Positions 10,039 through 18,891 of a stretch of DNA of 64,000 nt are shown in pieces. The stretch's first letter is position 1, and each line of letters opens with the position of its first letter. Below the pieces are notes generated by a model. It did no database searches. It was given only the letters and a program-made list of their open reading frames with translations, and was not told the DNA's origin. The DNA lies in the IMG/VR virus record IMGVR_UViG_3300036770_005504, positions 9,045-73,044 of that record. One strand, given 5' to 3'. Origin of the DNA: a virus. The translations under genes were made by a program, and so were the position numbers.

Positions 10039-10952
10039 AATGGAGCACTCAACTGTTGAATAATTTGTGTATATGAGATACCATCAATATTGTGCACCAG
10101 ACGTCGACATTGATTTCTACCAATTGTTTTTGTTGATAAAAAGTTAAAAGCCAATAATTCTTCAAAGCCATGAGTCTTTTTTTTGGGTGTGACATAGGGG
10201 CACAATCGTTTTAGTATACGATTTTTACTACTGACCGAAGTCAATTTATAGTTATATTTTTCACTGACTAGATTTTTTATATCTGTATCGGTTAGATAAT
10301 ACAACAATAATTCTGGAGTATAACTGAACCATTCGTTGACCAGTGGTAAATTATACTTTAAACTAAAACGAATAGCACTGGCATCTTCATTTTCTCTAAA
10401 TGTCCAATACCAGTAACTGGGATCAGCATTGACATGTCTAGACAGCAGTGCCTCGCCGCCCATTACTGCTGCAGTCTGTAATTGATGAATAATTTTGTAA
10501 CAGATCAAGTAAGTGATTTGTGTGCATTGTATAGAATTGCCAAACTCCTCAGCCTCACCACTGAATAAAAAATCTTTGACATCAAAATCAACGACCTTGA
10601 GTGGCAAGTTCAGTGATGTAGCGATACGTTGAGCTTCTTCCACATCAGTTATATTGTGATTGTTTTTAAAACGTATGGTCACACAAGTTGGGCGATGGCC
10701 AATTTGAACAAAATTATTAGCCACTATTTCGCTGTCTGTGCCTCCGCTCAACAGTAATATAAAATCTCGACCATAGTCATTGGCAACCAAATGAGCAGTT
10801 CTTTGTAATTCAGACTCAAAATTACTTTTGTTAAATCTGTCGGGATCAACTGAACCCACCGAACACTGATAAGTTTCATATCCTTGTTGTCGATATCCAT
10901 ATAGTCTATCGTCGATATGATATTTCAAATGATTTTGATAAGTGAAATTCAT
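10029..10952 (-). CDS. PP-loop ATPase, asparagine-synthetase C-terminal-like
   Basis: ILLLSGGTDSE, A..IA..LNL, KKKTHGFE. Confidence 0.7.
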   Translation of the reverse strand: MNFTYQNHLKYHIDDRLYGYRQQGYETYQCSVGSVDPDRFNKSNFESELQRTAHLVANDYGRDFILLLSGGTDSEIVANNFVQIGHRPTCVTIRFKNNHNITDVEEAQRIATSLNLPLKVVDFDVKDFLFSGEAEEFGNSIQCTQITYLICYKIIHQLQTAAVMGGEALLSRHVNADPSYWYWTFRENEDASAIRFSLKYNLPLVNEWFSYTPELLLYYLTDTDIKNLVSEKYNYKLTSVSSKNRILKRLCPYVTPKKKTHGFEELLAFNFLSTKTIGRNQCRRLVHNIDGISYTQIIQQLSAPLWK

Positions 10953-11476
10953 GCTCTATATTCTGCCACCCATTGAGGAGTAAAGTATATATTTTTTTCA
11001 CCAATGGGATGGAATTTTTTGTAGATAGGTGGCCAATTGTCGAACAATGCAGTTCTACGTCCTTGTTGTGACCTCACAAACCAATTGTATATAGCAGAAT
11101 TATAATCGTTGACAGTTATCCACCGATTAATATAATTTTGTGTATCAGATATTTGGGATGGTAAAATATGTTGAGCTAATAGATATTGTGTTCTATATTG
11201 CTGGTTGACATAGGACCTTGACAACAATAATGCAGTATTGTTGTTGTATTCGTTCCAACCGGCACTGGCTATAAACTTTCCGTCTTCCTCTAATACTGTA
11301 TAACAACCTTGTTTATATCTTCCGTTTTTTAACAGATAAAAAACATTACCAGTTTTGTCACTGTGATCCGGGTGGTAATTTTCTATAATGTCATTATTTG
11401 TAATAGTGGCAAATTCTGATTTTAGTATATTGATGATTTTGTTATTGGCAAGATCATGAATATGATGTATAGTCAT
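10949..11476 (-). CDS. Putative GNAT-fold acetyltransferase
   Basis: VLEEDGKFIASAG...LSRSYVNQQYR (motif A-like), TVNDYN. Confidence 0.55.
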   Translation of the reverse strand: MTIHHIHDLANNKIINILKSEFATITNNDIIENYHPDHSDKTGNVFYLLKNGRYKQGCYTVLEEDGKFIASAGWNEYNNNTALLLSRSYVNQQYRTQYLLAQHILPSQISDTQNYINRWITVNDYNSAIYNWFVRSQQGRRTALFDNWPPIYKKFHPIGEKNIYFTPQWVAEYRA

Positions 11477-12195
11477 GAATTTAATACCGCCGATATTTGT
11501 GCAGCATTTAGTATATTATCCCAAGGATTTCCTTTGATAGTTTTGCCGTCGAGAACACCAAATGGATGATGATAAATTTTTTCCAGGTCTTGATAGATGT
11601 TTTCGTAAGTCACTGAATCGAATGTGATACCCGACAAACATTTATCAACATTGTGATGAAAATTTTCAATACTGGGTTTTAGAATTTTCAGTGTATAGTC
11701 AATGATTTCTGGGCTGATATAAATTTTATCAGTCAAGGAGCTACCGATACCGAAAATATTTCTTTTGTAGATTTTTTTAGAACTCAGTGCAATAGCATAG
11801 CTCAACAATTGTTCGTTGATGTTTGCTCTTGACAGTTTAACAAATTTAAATCCTATTTTGTTCAATGACGAACATATTGACAATAATGTTTGTTGACTAT
11901 AGTGATTCATTACAAAAAGTCGAATAGTCATGGGCTGGGTTTGGTCAGCAGCAGATAAAAATTTAATTTTATTCTGGTAATCCGAATCAATTTCAAACAA
12001 TGAATCTTGAGATTTTGTGTGAGACAACACAATATAATTTTTATCATCGCATTGATATTCGCTGCGATTCCAGTTTTCGAAGTATTCGCCTAGATCAGTG
12101 GCAGAATTTAGTTCGCTGATTATTTTTGCACATAGTTGACTACCGGACCGCGGAGTGCACAATATACAAACACGACCATTTAGATAGTCATTCAT
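11473..12195 (-). CDS. Putative sulfotransferase (Stf0-like)
   Basis: ILCTPRSGSQL 5'-PSB-like loop, LGEYF, LSR.N..EQLLSY, VTYE; start at 12195 avoids overlap with upstream gene. Confidence 0.6.
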   Translation of the reverse strand: MNDYLNGRVCILCTPRSGSQLCAKIISELNSATDLGEYFENWNRSEYQCDDKNYIVLSHTKSQDSLFEIDSDYQNKIKFLSAADQTQPMTIRLFVMNHYSQQTLLSICSSLNKIGFKFVKLSRANINEQLLSYAIALSSKKIYKRNIFGIGSSLTDKIYISPEIIDYTLKILKPSIENFHHNVDKCLSGITFDSVTYENIYQDLEKIYHHPFGVLDGKTIKGNPWDNILNAAQISAVLNS

Positions 12196-12202
12196 TGAAC
12201 AA

Positions 12203-13060
12203 TTATTCAAGACCCATGCTTTGTCGTATCTTAGTAGCAGATATACTGTGGATCTCGTCAGACAGCATTTCTTGAGTAATACGATAGCCCACATCTCTAC
12301 CGTAGACAATTTCTGTAATATTTGGAACAGTGATAACCTGATATTGTCCTTGATAGAATGGGTCAAGGTCTCTGCGAATCATCGATGATATCTGACTGAA
12401 ATCAAATGGGTTACTATTGTTCCATCCTTGACAATCTCGAACTTGTATAACAACTTGTCCAGTTTTAGTCAGTGCACGTTCAAACAATGCACGATGTCCT
12501 GCATGCCAAGGTTGATATCGACCCAACATTAATGCAGTTTCTTTCTGCCAATTAAAAATTGGTCGTCGTTGGTTGTTCAATATATGGTGGCCCACAAACG
12601 GCACCCATTTTTCGGCATTTTTTTCTGTAATACGGAAATCGTAATCGTTGGGTGGCACAAATATGCGATTAGTGTCTTCGTAACGACCCTCATCAATGGT
12701 GTCCATCCAAATAGTCCAATCGGCTTTAAAATTATAGCGCATTTCGGGCAATGGAGCCACAAAGTCGCAGATCACAAAATCGCTATTACATTCCAATGCA
12801 AATTGTGCCATACGTAGACTTTGGCGTATACGGCCATCATGACTAAAATCCCAATCGTTATATTTTTGTCGCACTTGGTCGGCGTTGAACCAATCAACTT
12901 GAGCATGCCAATTATGTGGAGGTTGATCAAATTGACACATACGTTCTGTTGAAATGTTAGAGATATTGCTGAAATCCTCGAGATATTTTTTTAATTTCTC
13001 AGCAAAATGTGTCTTGCCAGACCCAGGAAGGCCGCAGATTAATATTTTTTTTGGTTTCAT
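12203..13060 (-). CDS. Adenylylsulfate-kinase-like / HxGH nucleotidyltransferase fusion
   Basis: GLPGSGKT P-loop, NAD.VR..DFS..GR, DFVAP; C-terminal GRYQPWHAGH and ISATKIR; start at 13060 because the longer ORF overlaps the tRNA. Confidence 0.8.
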   Translation of the reverse strand: MKPKKILICGLPGSGKTHFAEKLKKYLEDFSNISNISTERMCQFDQPPHNWHAQVDWFNADQVRQKYNDWDFSHDGRIRQSLRMAQFALECNSDFVICDFVAPLPEMRYNFKADWTIWMDTIDEGRYEDTNRIFVPPNDYDFRITEKNAEKWVPFVGHHILNNQRRPIFNWQKETALMLGRYQPWHAGHRALFERALTKTGQVVIQVRDCQGWNNSNPFDFSQISSMIRRDLDPFYQGQYQVITVPNITEIVYGRDVGYRITQEMLSDEIHSISATKIRQSMGLE

Positions 13061-13077
13061 TATTACAATAACATTTA

Positions 13078-13154
13078 TGGTCTCCGAGGACGGATTCGAA
13101 CCGCCGTCACATGGTCCCAAACCACGGATAATGACCTGGCTATACGACTCGGAG
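13078..13154 (-). tRNA. tRNA-Pro (TGG)
   Basis: Cloverleaf with CGTGG-TTTGGGA-CCATG anticodon arm, GTTCGAATC T-loop, C1:G72, A73, encoded CCA. Confidence 0.93.
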
Positions 13155-13162
13155 TTTTTTAT

Positions 13163-13879
13163 TTATTGTTGTTCCCAATGCACCACATTAAATTCTTGAT
13201 AAAAGTCCAATTTGCTTTGTCCATTGCCCAATTGAAATGTGTTGGGATCAAATTTAAAAACTATGGTATCATTGGGCAATGATTCCTTGTAAGTTTTAAT
13301 AAAACTATGATATGACAATTGTTGTCTTATTTTTTCAAAAATCTCTGGACCCGGATCAACATCTATCATGTAGCCCATTAATTCTTGTGTTATACCGTGC
13401 ATATAAGTCTGTGAACCCAAATAATAGGTATGCGTTATGCCGCTATATCTTCTTTTTAAATTTAATTCAATGACCCGTTGATATATAGGATTTCCGGGTT
13501 CGCTACACATGATATCTTGACTGAAATCATAATCGCCGTCGGTGGGCAACAAACATTTTATCCCGGGTTCAACAATCTGACTCATTGGGATATTATAGTA
13601 TCGATCTAGATCCAGATACATACCACCTTCGTTATAGAGTTTTAGTAATCTCCAAATATCGCTTCGTTCCACAAAAGGTCTTTGCTGTAACAATGCATAA
13701 TCGCGAATGCCGATATGTTGACGGATATATTCATCAACTTCATGGTCGAGATATATGTTGACTGTCCAGTCAGGATTGAGATCCCTGACATTACGTAATC
13801 CATTCATTATCATGGGATTCTGGTGATCGAAAATATCACGGTCAACCCAAGTCATATGAATTTGTCGAGGAATACTCAT
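13163..13879 (-). CDS. DXD glycosyltransferase (GT32/OCH1-like)
   Basis: IPRQIHMTW, NPDW, SDIWRL..LY.EGGMYLDLD. Confidence 0.85.
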   Translation of the reverse strand: MSIPRQIHMTWVDRDIFDHQNPMIMNGLRNVRDLNPDWTVNIYLDHEVDEYIRQHIGIRDYALLQQRPFVERSDIWRLLKLYNEGGMYLDLDRYYNIPMSQIVEPGIKCLLPTDGDYDFSQDIMCSEPGNPIYQRVIELNLKRRYSGITHTYYLGSQTYMHGITQELMGYMIDVDPGPEIFEKIRQQLSYHSFIKTYKESLPNDTIVFKFDPNTFQLGNGQSKLDFYQEFNVVHWEQQ

Positions 13880-13880
13880 G

Positions 13881-14486
13881 TCACATTACCACACCGTGAT
13901 TACCATTTTTGAATCCCACAATTCCGCCCTGGGCAACGATTCTTTTACAAACATCTTCGAACAAGATGGGAGTAAAATCAATTTGTTCTACACTTACATT
14001 AAAGTATCTAGTATCAATTTCATTACCGTATAATACTTCTCCGGTTTTTGTGTCGACACCGCAGGCCTTCATAACCCGATTGGCATGAAGATGTCCGTGG
14101 ATATTACAACCAAAACGGGCAAGACTATCGGGATGCACCGGAACATGACTAAGGATCAAACCATTCATGACATGGTAACCACGAATGTCTCTAAAGTAGG
14201 GAGTATAGTCCTCAAGTTTGAAGATATCATGGTTTCCACGGATCAGAACTTTGTCGCCATTGAGTCTACCCACAGTATGAAGGAAGCGACGATTGATTAC
14301 TACATCTCCAAGAAAATAGACCTTGTCCGAGGGTTTGACTCTTTCGTTGTGACGACGGACTAATTCTTCATCCATTTCCTCAGCAGAGGCAAAGGGACGC
14401 AAAGGACTACCGTCATTCCGTTTGAATACTGTACAAGTCTTTTCATGACCAAAGTGATGGTCAGAGCAGAGAAAAACAGAGGGCAT
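13881..14486 (-). CDS. Calcineurin-like metallophosphoesterase
   Basis: SDHHFGH, LGD, GNHD, SHVP, HGHLH. Confidence 0.92.
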   Translation of the reverse strand: MPSVFLCSDHHFGHEKTCTVFKRNDGSPLRPFASAEEMDEELVRRHNERVKPSDKVYFLGDVVINRRFLHTVGRLNGDKVLIRGNHDIFKLEDYTPYFRDIRGYHVMNGLILSHVPVHPDSLARFGCNIHGHLHANRVMKACGVDTKTGEVLYGNEIDTRYFNVSVEQIDFTPILFEDVCKRIVAQGGIVGFKNGNHGVVM

Positions 14487-14507
14487 GATACGGTTCCTTA
14501 AAATTTT

Positions 14508-14599
14508 TGGCGGAGATGGTGAGATTCGAACTCACGGAGCCAATTACTTGACTCGACGGGTTAGCAACCCGCTACCTTAAGCCACTCGGTCACATCTCC
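14508..14599 (-). tRNA. tRNA-Ser (GCT)
   Basis: GCGGG-TTGCTAA-CCCGT arm, long variable arm, G73, encoded CCA. Confidence 0.93.
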
Positions 14600-14608
14600 A
14601 TGTGTCTA

Positions 14609-15082
14609 TTAGATATTCAACAACTTTCTTTTCAACTTGTCAGCAGCACCACTGGCTGCAATAGCATCGGGTTTGACTACTGGCATGACATTACATACCC
14701 CCTTGATATATCCAATTGCTTCGTTTAATACCACATTAGAATTATACATTTCATTGGGATTGATGTCAAGATGAACTTCGATGTCAATGTCTACTACTTC
14801 TACTAATTTTAGATACATATCAGCAGCACGATAAACTTCGTTCATCAACCGTAATCTTGGTCGATTGCGATTTTTTTCGTAATTGATTTCTCTTTCAACT
14901 TGTCCGAAAACACGGCAACCATAACGCCCGCCGATATGAATCACCACAGCAGTGGTATAATCAACATATTCGATATTGTCTTTGTAAACAAGTTCTGAAT
15001 CACACCCGAGATAAATTTTAGTGTCAGGGCCGCAGTTATCTACAAACTCTTTAATTTCTTTGAGATCGATTTGATTTTTCAT
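14609..15082 (-). CDS. YkuK-like RNase H-fold protein
   Basis: IYLGCDS, RLMNEV, EVHLDIN, KPDAIAAS.AAD. Confidence 0.8.
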   Translation of the reverse strand: MKNQIDLKEIKEFVDNCGPDTKIYLGCDSELVYKDNIEYVDYTTAVVIHIGGRYGCRVFGQVEREINYEKNRNRPRLRLMNEVYRAADMYLKLVEVVDIDIEVHLDINPNEMYNSNVVLNEAIGYIKGVCNVMPVVKPDAIAASGAADKLKRKLLNI

Positions 15083-15127
15083 TTACGGGAATCATTGTTA
15101 TTATGAATAGATGTTGAATTAATAGTT

Positions 15128-15210
15128 TGGTGCTGGAGGTGAGACTCGAACTCACGGAGGTTCCCCGCCGGATTACAAATCCGGTGCAATTGCCACTATG
15201 CGACTCCAGC
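15128..15210 (-). tRNA. tRNA with TGT (Thr) anticodon and atypical 12-nt variable arm
   Basis: GCTGGAG/CTCCAGC acceptor stem, CCGGA-TTTGTAA-TCCGG arm, CGGGGAACCTCC variable region, A73, CCA. Confidence 0.85.
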
Positions 15211-15274
15211 CATGATTAATAAAAATCAATCTATTATATATGACAACTTTTGTCCATGGATATTAATTTGTCAA

Positions 15275-15733
15275 TTACCAACTAGATTGATATTCAAATC
15301 GCCACTCCTGAGGCAACGATAACACCTCTTGACAAATATCTATAGTATTTTCAATATCCCAAAAATAGTCATCATCATATTGAATGTTACCAAAAAAGAA
15401 ACCTGATTTTCTGGGCAACAATTCATTGGCTAGATGTCGAAATCCCAATACTCGTTCACAGATTTGTTGAAGTTCAACCAGTTGACCTCGTGACACTGGG
15501 TATGAATTGCAATCATCTTGATTGTTTTGAACATTACGCACAAACCAATCATGAATATGATTAGCTTTACGCCAATATCCAGCTTCAATTTCAACTTCTT
15601 TAATGACAGGGTCACCTCCGCGGAAATTCGCTAGTTCAGGAAAATTTTGTTGCACAGATTCCACTTGACTACGATTTTTTTCATCATATGTATTGAGATA
15701 TTTACGTCCTTTGAGATACATATCTAGACCCAT
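15275..15733 (-). CDS. Conserved phage hypothetical protein
   Basis: MGLDMYL...YWRKANHIHDWF...GFFFG...YQSSW pattern common in phages. Confidence 0.75.
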   Translation of the reverse strand: MGLDMYLKGRKYLNTYDEKNRSQVESVQQNFPELANFRGGDPVIKEVEIEAGYWRKANHIHDWFVRNVQNNQDDCNSYPVSRGQLVELQQICERVLGFRHLANELLPRKSGFFFGNIQYDDDYFWDIENTIDICQEVLSLPQEWRFEYQSSW

Positions 15734-15763
15734 GATAGTTGCCTTTTTAATTGAATTAACTCT

Positions 15764-15792
15764 ATTATAACAAATTCTTTTTTTGTAGTCAA
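15764..15792 (-). promoter_or_regulatory. Sigma70-type promoter
   Basis: TTGACT-17 nt-TATAAT. Confidence 0.7.
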
Positions 15793-15813
15793 TGAGTTTG
15801 ATTAAATAGTGTT

Positions 15814-16086
15814 GTGAAAAAACAACATATCCCTATTCATATAAGACGTCAAGTCATAGAACGAGATGGGCTTTATTGTGTGTATTGTGATGATGATTTG
15901 TCCGACCAAGAAGTTCATCTTGACCATATTATCCCCGAAAGTCAAAGTGGTCCCACTACAGTGGACAATCTACAAGTAACTTGTCGACGATGCAATACTG
16001 CCAAAGGTGTGTTGACTGAAGACGAGTTTGTTAATAGACTACGTATAAGAGCACAAAATATCTTATGGCGCCTGGGATCAAAATAA
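15814..16086 (+). CDS. Small HNH endonuclease
   Basis: RD...CVYC, HLDHIIP..SG, NLQVTCRRCN..KG; TAAATA 5 nt upstream of GTG. Confidence 0.9.
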   Translation: MKKQHIPIHIRRQVIERDGLYCVYCDDDLSDQEVHLDHIIPESQSGPTTVDNLQVTCRRCNTAKGVLTEDEFVNRLRIRAQNILWRLGSK

Positions 16087-16146
16087 TTGCTGTATCTCTC
16101 GAATCAATAATAAAAACATAAATATTGTTATATCGGGAGAATTAAA

Positions 16147-17856
16147 ATTTTACTACGAGAATTTGATCAATTAGGAGAACGATCTCCACAACCTCGTGGA
16201 TTTCGAAAATATCAAGATTCGAGCATTAGAGGGCCGCAGGGGCAGGATCTAGTGATCAATAGTCGTGGTGAAGTTGGATATCTAAAAAGGTCAGGGCGTG
16301 CCACTAACTTTGTGCCCTTTGATCCAGTAGTGGCAAAACAACAACAAGATGACCGATGGAAAATGGAACCCAGTCGGGCTCAACAGACTGCTGCTGAACC
16401 AGTGGCAGATCGGTCATCTACCACAGGTGGCGCGGCATTTTTACCTGGGCGAGCTGCAAAACAACGAGCACAAGGGCTTACTACACCGGATCCTAAATTG
16501 CAACAACAATTTGCACGTGGTGTAGCATCAGTTATACCGGGTGTAAGTTCGGCCGCAGATGTCTACGATGCATATCGAAGTGCCAAGGCCGGAGAATACG
16601 GAAAAGCTGCTTTACAAGCAGGTGCAGCAGGTTTGGGGGTAGTGCCTGGGGTAGCAGTCGGTCGAGCAATTGCAGCACCGTATCGATCGGCCCGAACTGC
16701 AACTGGCCCTTCACGGGCAGCATCTACTGCAACAAAACCAGCTGATCCCAGTGCTCGGGATATAGCAGCAGGTGAAGTAAGTGGACCACCGAGTATTGCT
16801 AGACCATCTGCTGTAACTCGTCAAGAACCCACATTAACCGATCCCAACATCAGCAGTGCTCAAGCAACCCGAGGACGCCAGGAACCCACCGGAGCAGGGC
16901 CTACCATATCCGATATTGGTGTATCAGGTCAGTATGATCCTATGCTGAACACTGTGGTCAAAACACCAAGAAAAGTTGAACCTTATCTTTCTTCTAGCCC
17001 AAATATCAAGACAGGAAGAAAGGAACCCGATCTACCAACTAAACCTAGAATTCAAAGAAAACCTGGTGAAACTCCAGCTGATGCAATAAAACGTGTACAA
17101 AGTCAATCAGCAGCCTCTGCAATAAGACCCACTTCTACTACAACACCTGGTGTATCTATTAATCCTGTAGACGATTTGTCACCAAGCACAGGAAGATCAA
17201 CTTCGACAATTAAACCAACAATGTCTCAAGCAGCAGCATCGGCAATATCAACTGCAGCCGCACCGTCCCTTCCAACAACACGAGCAGCACCAACCACACC
17301 TGAATTACAACCAGCTAGATCAACTCGAGCAGCACCAACCACACCTGAATTACAACCAGCTAGATCAACTCGAGCAGCACCAACCACACCTGAATTACAA
17401 CCAGCTAGATCAACTCGAGCAGCACCAACCACACCTGAATTACAACCAGCTAGATCAGCCACAACAGCACCAACTACACCAAGAACAGAACCAACTACAC
17501 CAAAACCAGAACCAGCTAGATCAGCCACAGCAGCACCAACTACACCAAGACCAGAACCAACTACACCAAAATCAGAGCCAGCTAGATCAGCCACAGTGAG
17601 CCCTAAGACTTCAGATCAGTCTACAGAATTTAAACCACAAACTCCATCGGGCGGTGGCGTTGGCGACGATGTTAGATTAAGAGCAATGCAATATCTGTCT
17701 GGATTAAGACCAGATGCCAGCGGTAAAGTTAATCCTAACCCACCAGGCATTAATCCAGCAGCTTGGAGTCCAGAACAATTATCTCAATATAATACTGTCA
17801 AAGAACACACTGACGATCAAGAGTTAAACCGTATCATGGTTCTGTCAGGTAGATAA
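16147..17856 (+). CDS. Low-complexity Pro/Thr/Ala-rich protein, probably virion-associated (likely ATT start at 16147)
   Basis: ORF track starts at GTG 16252, but the frame is open to ATT 16147, 6 nt after GGAGA and downstream of ATAAATA (16118-16124). Confidence 0.65.
   Translation: MLLREFDQLGERSPQPRGFRKYQDSSIRGPQGQDLVINSRGEVGYLKRSGRATNFVPFDPVVAKQQQDDRWKMEPSRAQQTAAEPVADRSSTTGGAAFLPGRAAKQRAQGLTTPDPKLQQQFARGVASVIPGVSSAADVYDAYRSAKAGEYGKAALQAGAAGLGVVPGVAVGRAIAAPYRSARTATGPSRAASTATKPADPSARDIAAGEVSGPPSIARPSAVTRQEPTLTDPNISSAQATRGRQEPTGAGPTISDIGVSGQYDPMLNTVVKTPRKVEPYLSSSPNIKTGRKEPDLPTKPRIQRKPGETPADAIKRVQSQSAASAIRPTSTTTPGVSINPVDDLSPSTGRSTSTIKPTMSQAAASAISTAAAPSLPTTRAAPTTPELQPARSTRAAPTTPELQPARSTRAAPTTPELQPARSTRAAPTTPELQPARSATTAPTTPRTEPTTPKPEPARSATAAPTTPRPEPTTPKSEPARSATVSPKTSDQSTEFKPQTPSGGGVGDDVRLRAMQYLSGLRPDASGKVNPNPPGINPAAWSPEQLSQYNTVKEHTDDQELNRIMVLSGR
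17281..17595 (+). repeat. Intragenic tandem repeats: four 45-bp units, then about two 66-bp units
   Basis: CGAGCAGCACCAACCACACCTGAATTACAACCAGCTAGATCAACT repeated (RAAPTTPELQPARST), then PARSATxAPTTPRxEPTTPKxE twice. Confidence 0.95.
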
Positions 17857-18447
17857 AACAATTTGACAAATATGTTCGAGGCGTTCTAAATGTTCAAATG
17901 CACGCCATGGACTAGTGTCTACAGCAATCGCACCATGACGATCCATACCAATGATATTGTATTTTAGACTTCCATCTTCCTGCACCCCGATATTTTCAAT
18001 ACAGGCATCTGCTAATTCTTGAGTAATAGGCGGAATCATGGGCACTGTGGGTCCTACACTGGTATACCTGCTGAGTTCCGGAAACTCATCTACTAATTTT
18101 TGTAGATCGATACCTCGATACATGGCAGCATTGATATAAGTGGGGTGCATATGTAAAACCACACGCACGTCGGTATTGATTTTTCTTTGCAGTCCCCAGT
18201 GCATAGGGATTTCGCCGCTGGGTTCTAATTGTGAGCTGATATCGGTGTATTTCATTTCATACCAATTGTGTTCACCAATTCCGATTTTTTTAAACATATC
18301 GGGTTGTAGTGTTTGTTTTCTAACACCCTTGGGAGTGATGTGAAAATGATCTACAGTGTTATATCGTAGACTGGCATTACCATCTCGGGTGGTAATCCAG
18401 CCACGACGATAACCTTCTCGAAAAATTTCTCCAATTGTTTCTAACAT
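17845..18447 (-). CDS. Class II aldolase/adducin family protein
   Basis: DGNAS.R, ITP.G, PSGEIPMH, VLHMHP, HGAIA, E.LEH. Confidence 0.9.
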   Translation of the reverse strand: MLETIGEIFREGYRRGWITTRDGNASLRYNTVDHFHITPKGVRKQTLQPDMFKKIGIGEHNWYEMKYTDISSQLEPSGEIPMHWGLQRKINTDVRVVLHMHPTYINAAMYRGIDLQKLVDEFPELSRYTSVGPTVPMIPPITQELADACIENIGVQEDGSLKYNIIGMDRHGAIAVDTSPWRAFEHLERLEHICQIVLST

Positions 18448-18450
18448 AAT

Positions 18451-18606
18451 TTAGCCCTTGGGTTTGGCGTCAAACGCATCAAAGCATTCTTTGATAAATT
18501 TTACCACACGACGATGCGTGTCAAAAATATATTCTCGACTTTCATCTTCGTCATTGACTACTACAATATATCCATTTGCTACCTTGCGGATTTCGATTGA
18601 TTCCAT
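18451..18606 (-). CDS. Small hypothetical protein (51 aa, not in ORF track)
   Basis: Manual translation MESIEIRKVANGYIVVVNDEDESREYIFDT...; fills the intergenic gap. Confidence 0.7.
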   Translation of the reverse strand: MESIEIRKVANGYIVVVNDEDESREYIFDTHRRVVKFIKECFDAFDAKPKG

Positions 18607-18623
18607 GATTGTTCTTTCGATGA

Positions 18624-18860
18624 TTAATATTTAAGAGACAACATAATAGCATGTGTTTGATCTTGTAATTCAACCTGTATCGTTTGGTCTATAGGTTGAG
18701 TAGTTATACGCCAATCTTTACCGCCATACCATAAATGTAAATAATAAGTTTGTTGACTGATCTGAGTCTGACAATATTTTGAAATTTCTGATCGATGCTG
18801 ACTATTAAATTTTAAAATATATTGAAACTTAGACATATAACAAATATAGCATAAAATCAA
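18624..18860 (-). CDS. Hypothetical protein
   Basis: ORF in minus-strand run; true start probably MSKFQY. Confidence 0.55.
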   Translation of the reverse strand: MILCYICYMSKFQYILKFNSQHRSEISKYCQTQISQQTYYLHLWYGGKDWRITTQPIDQTIQVELQDQTHAIMLSLKY

Positions 18861-18891
18861 TCATTGAATCAATTTTTTTGGCAAAATCGTT

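Noticed and set aside
366-10952. SGGxDS proteins as the missing QueC
   Set aside because: They lack the QueC C-terminal Zn-binding Cys cluster, are larger, and lie far from the que genes
12196-12366. Long N-terminal extension of the sulfotransferase ORF
   Set aside because: Overlaps the upstream kinase fusion; ATG 12195 is more plausible
13061-13120. N-terminal extension of the kinase fusion
   Set aside because: Overlaps tRNA-Pro
17281-17460. Possible CRISPR array
   Set aside because: Units are contiguous with no unique spacers, are multiples of 3, and lie in a coding frame; no cas genes
17226-17594. 122-aa antisense ORF
   Set aside because: Shadow of the plus-strand repeat tract
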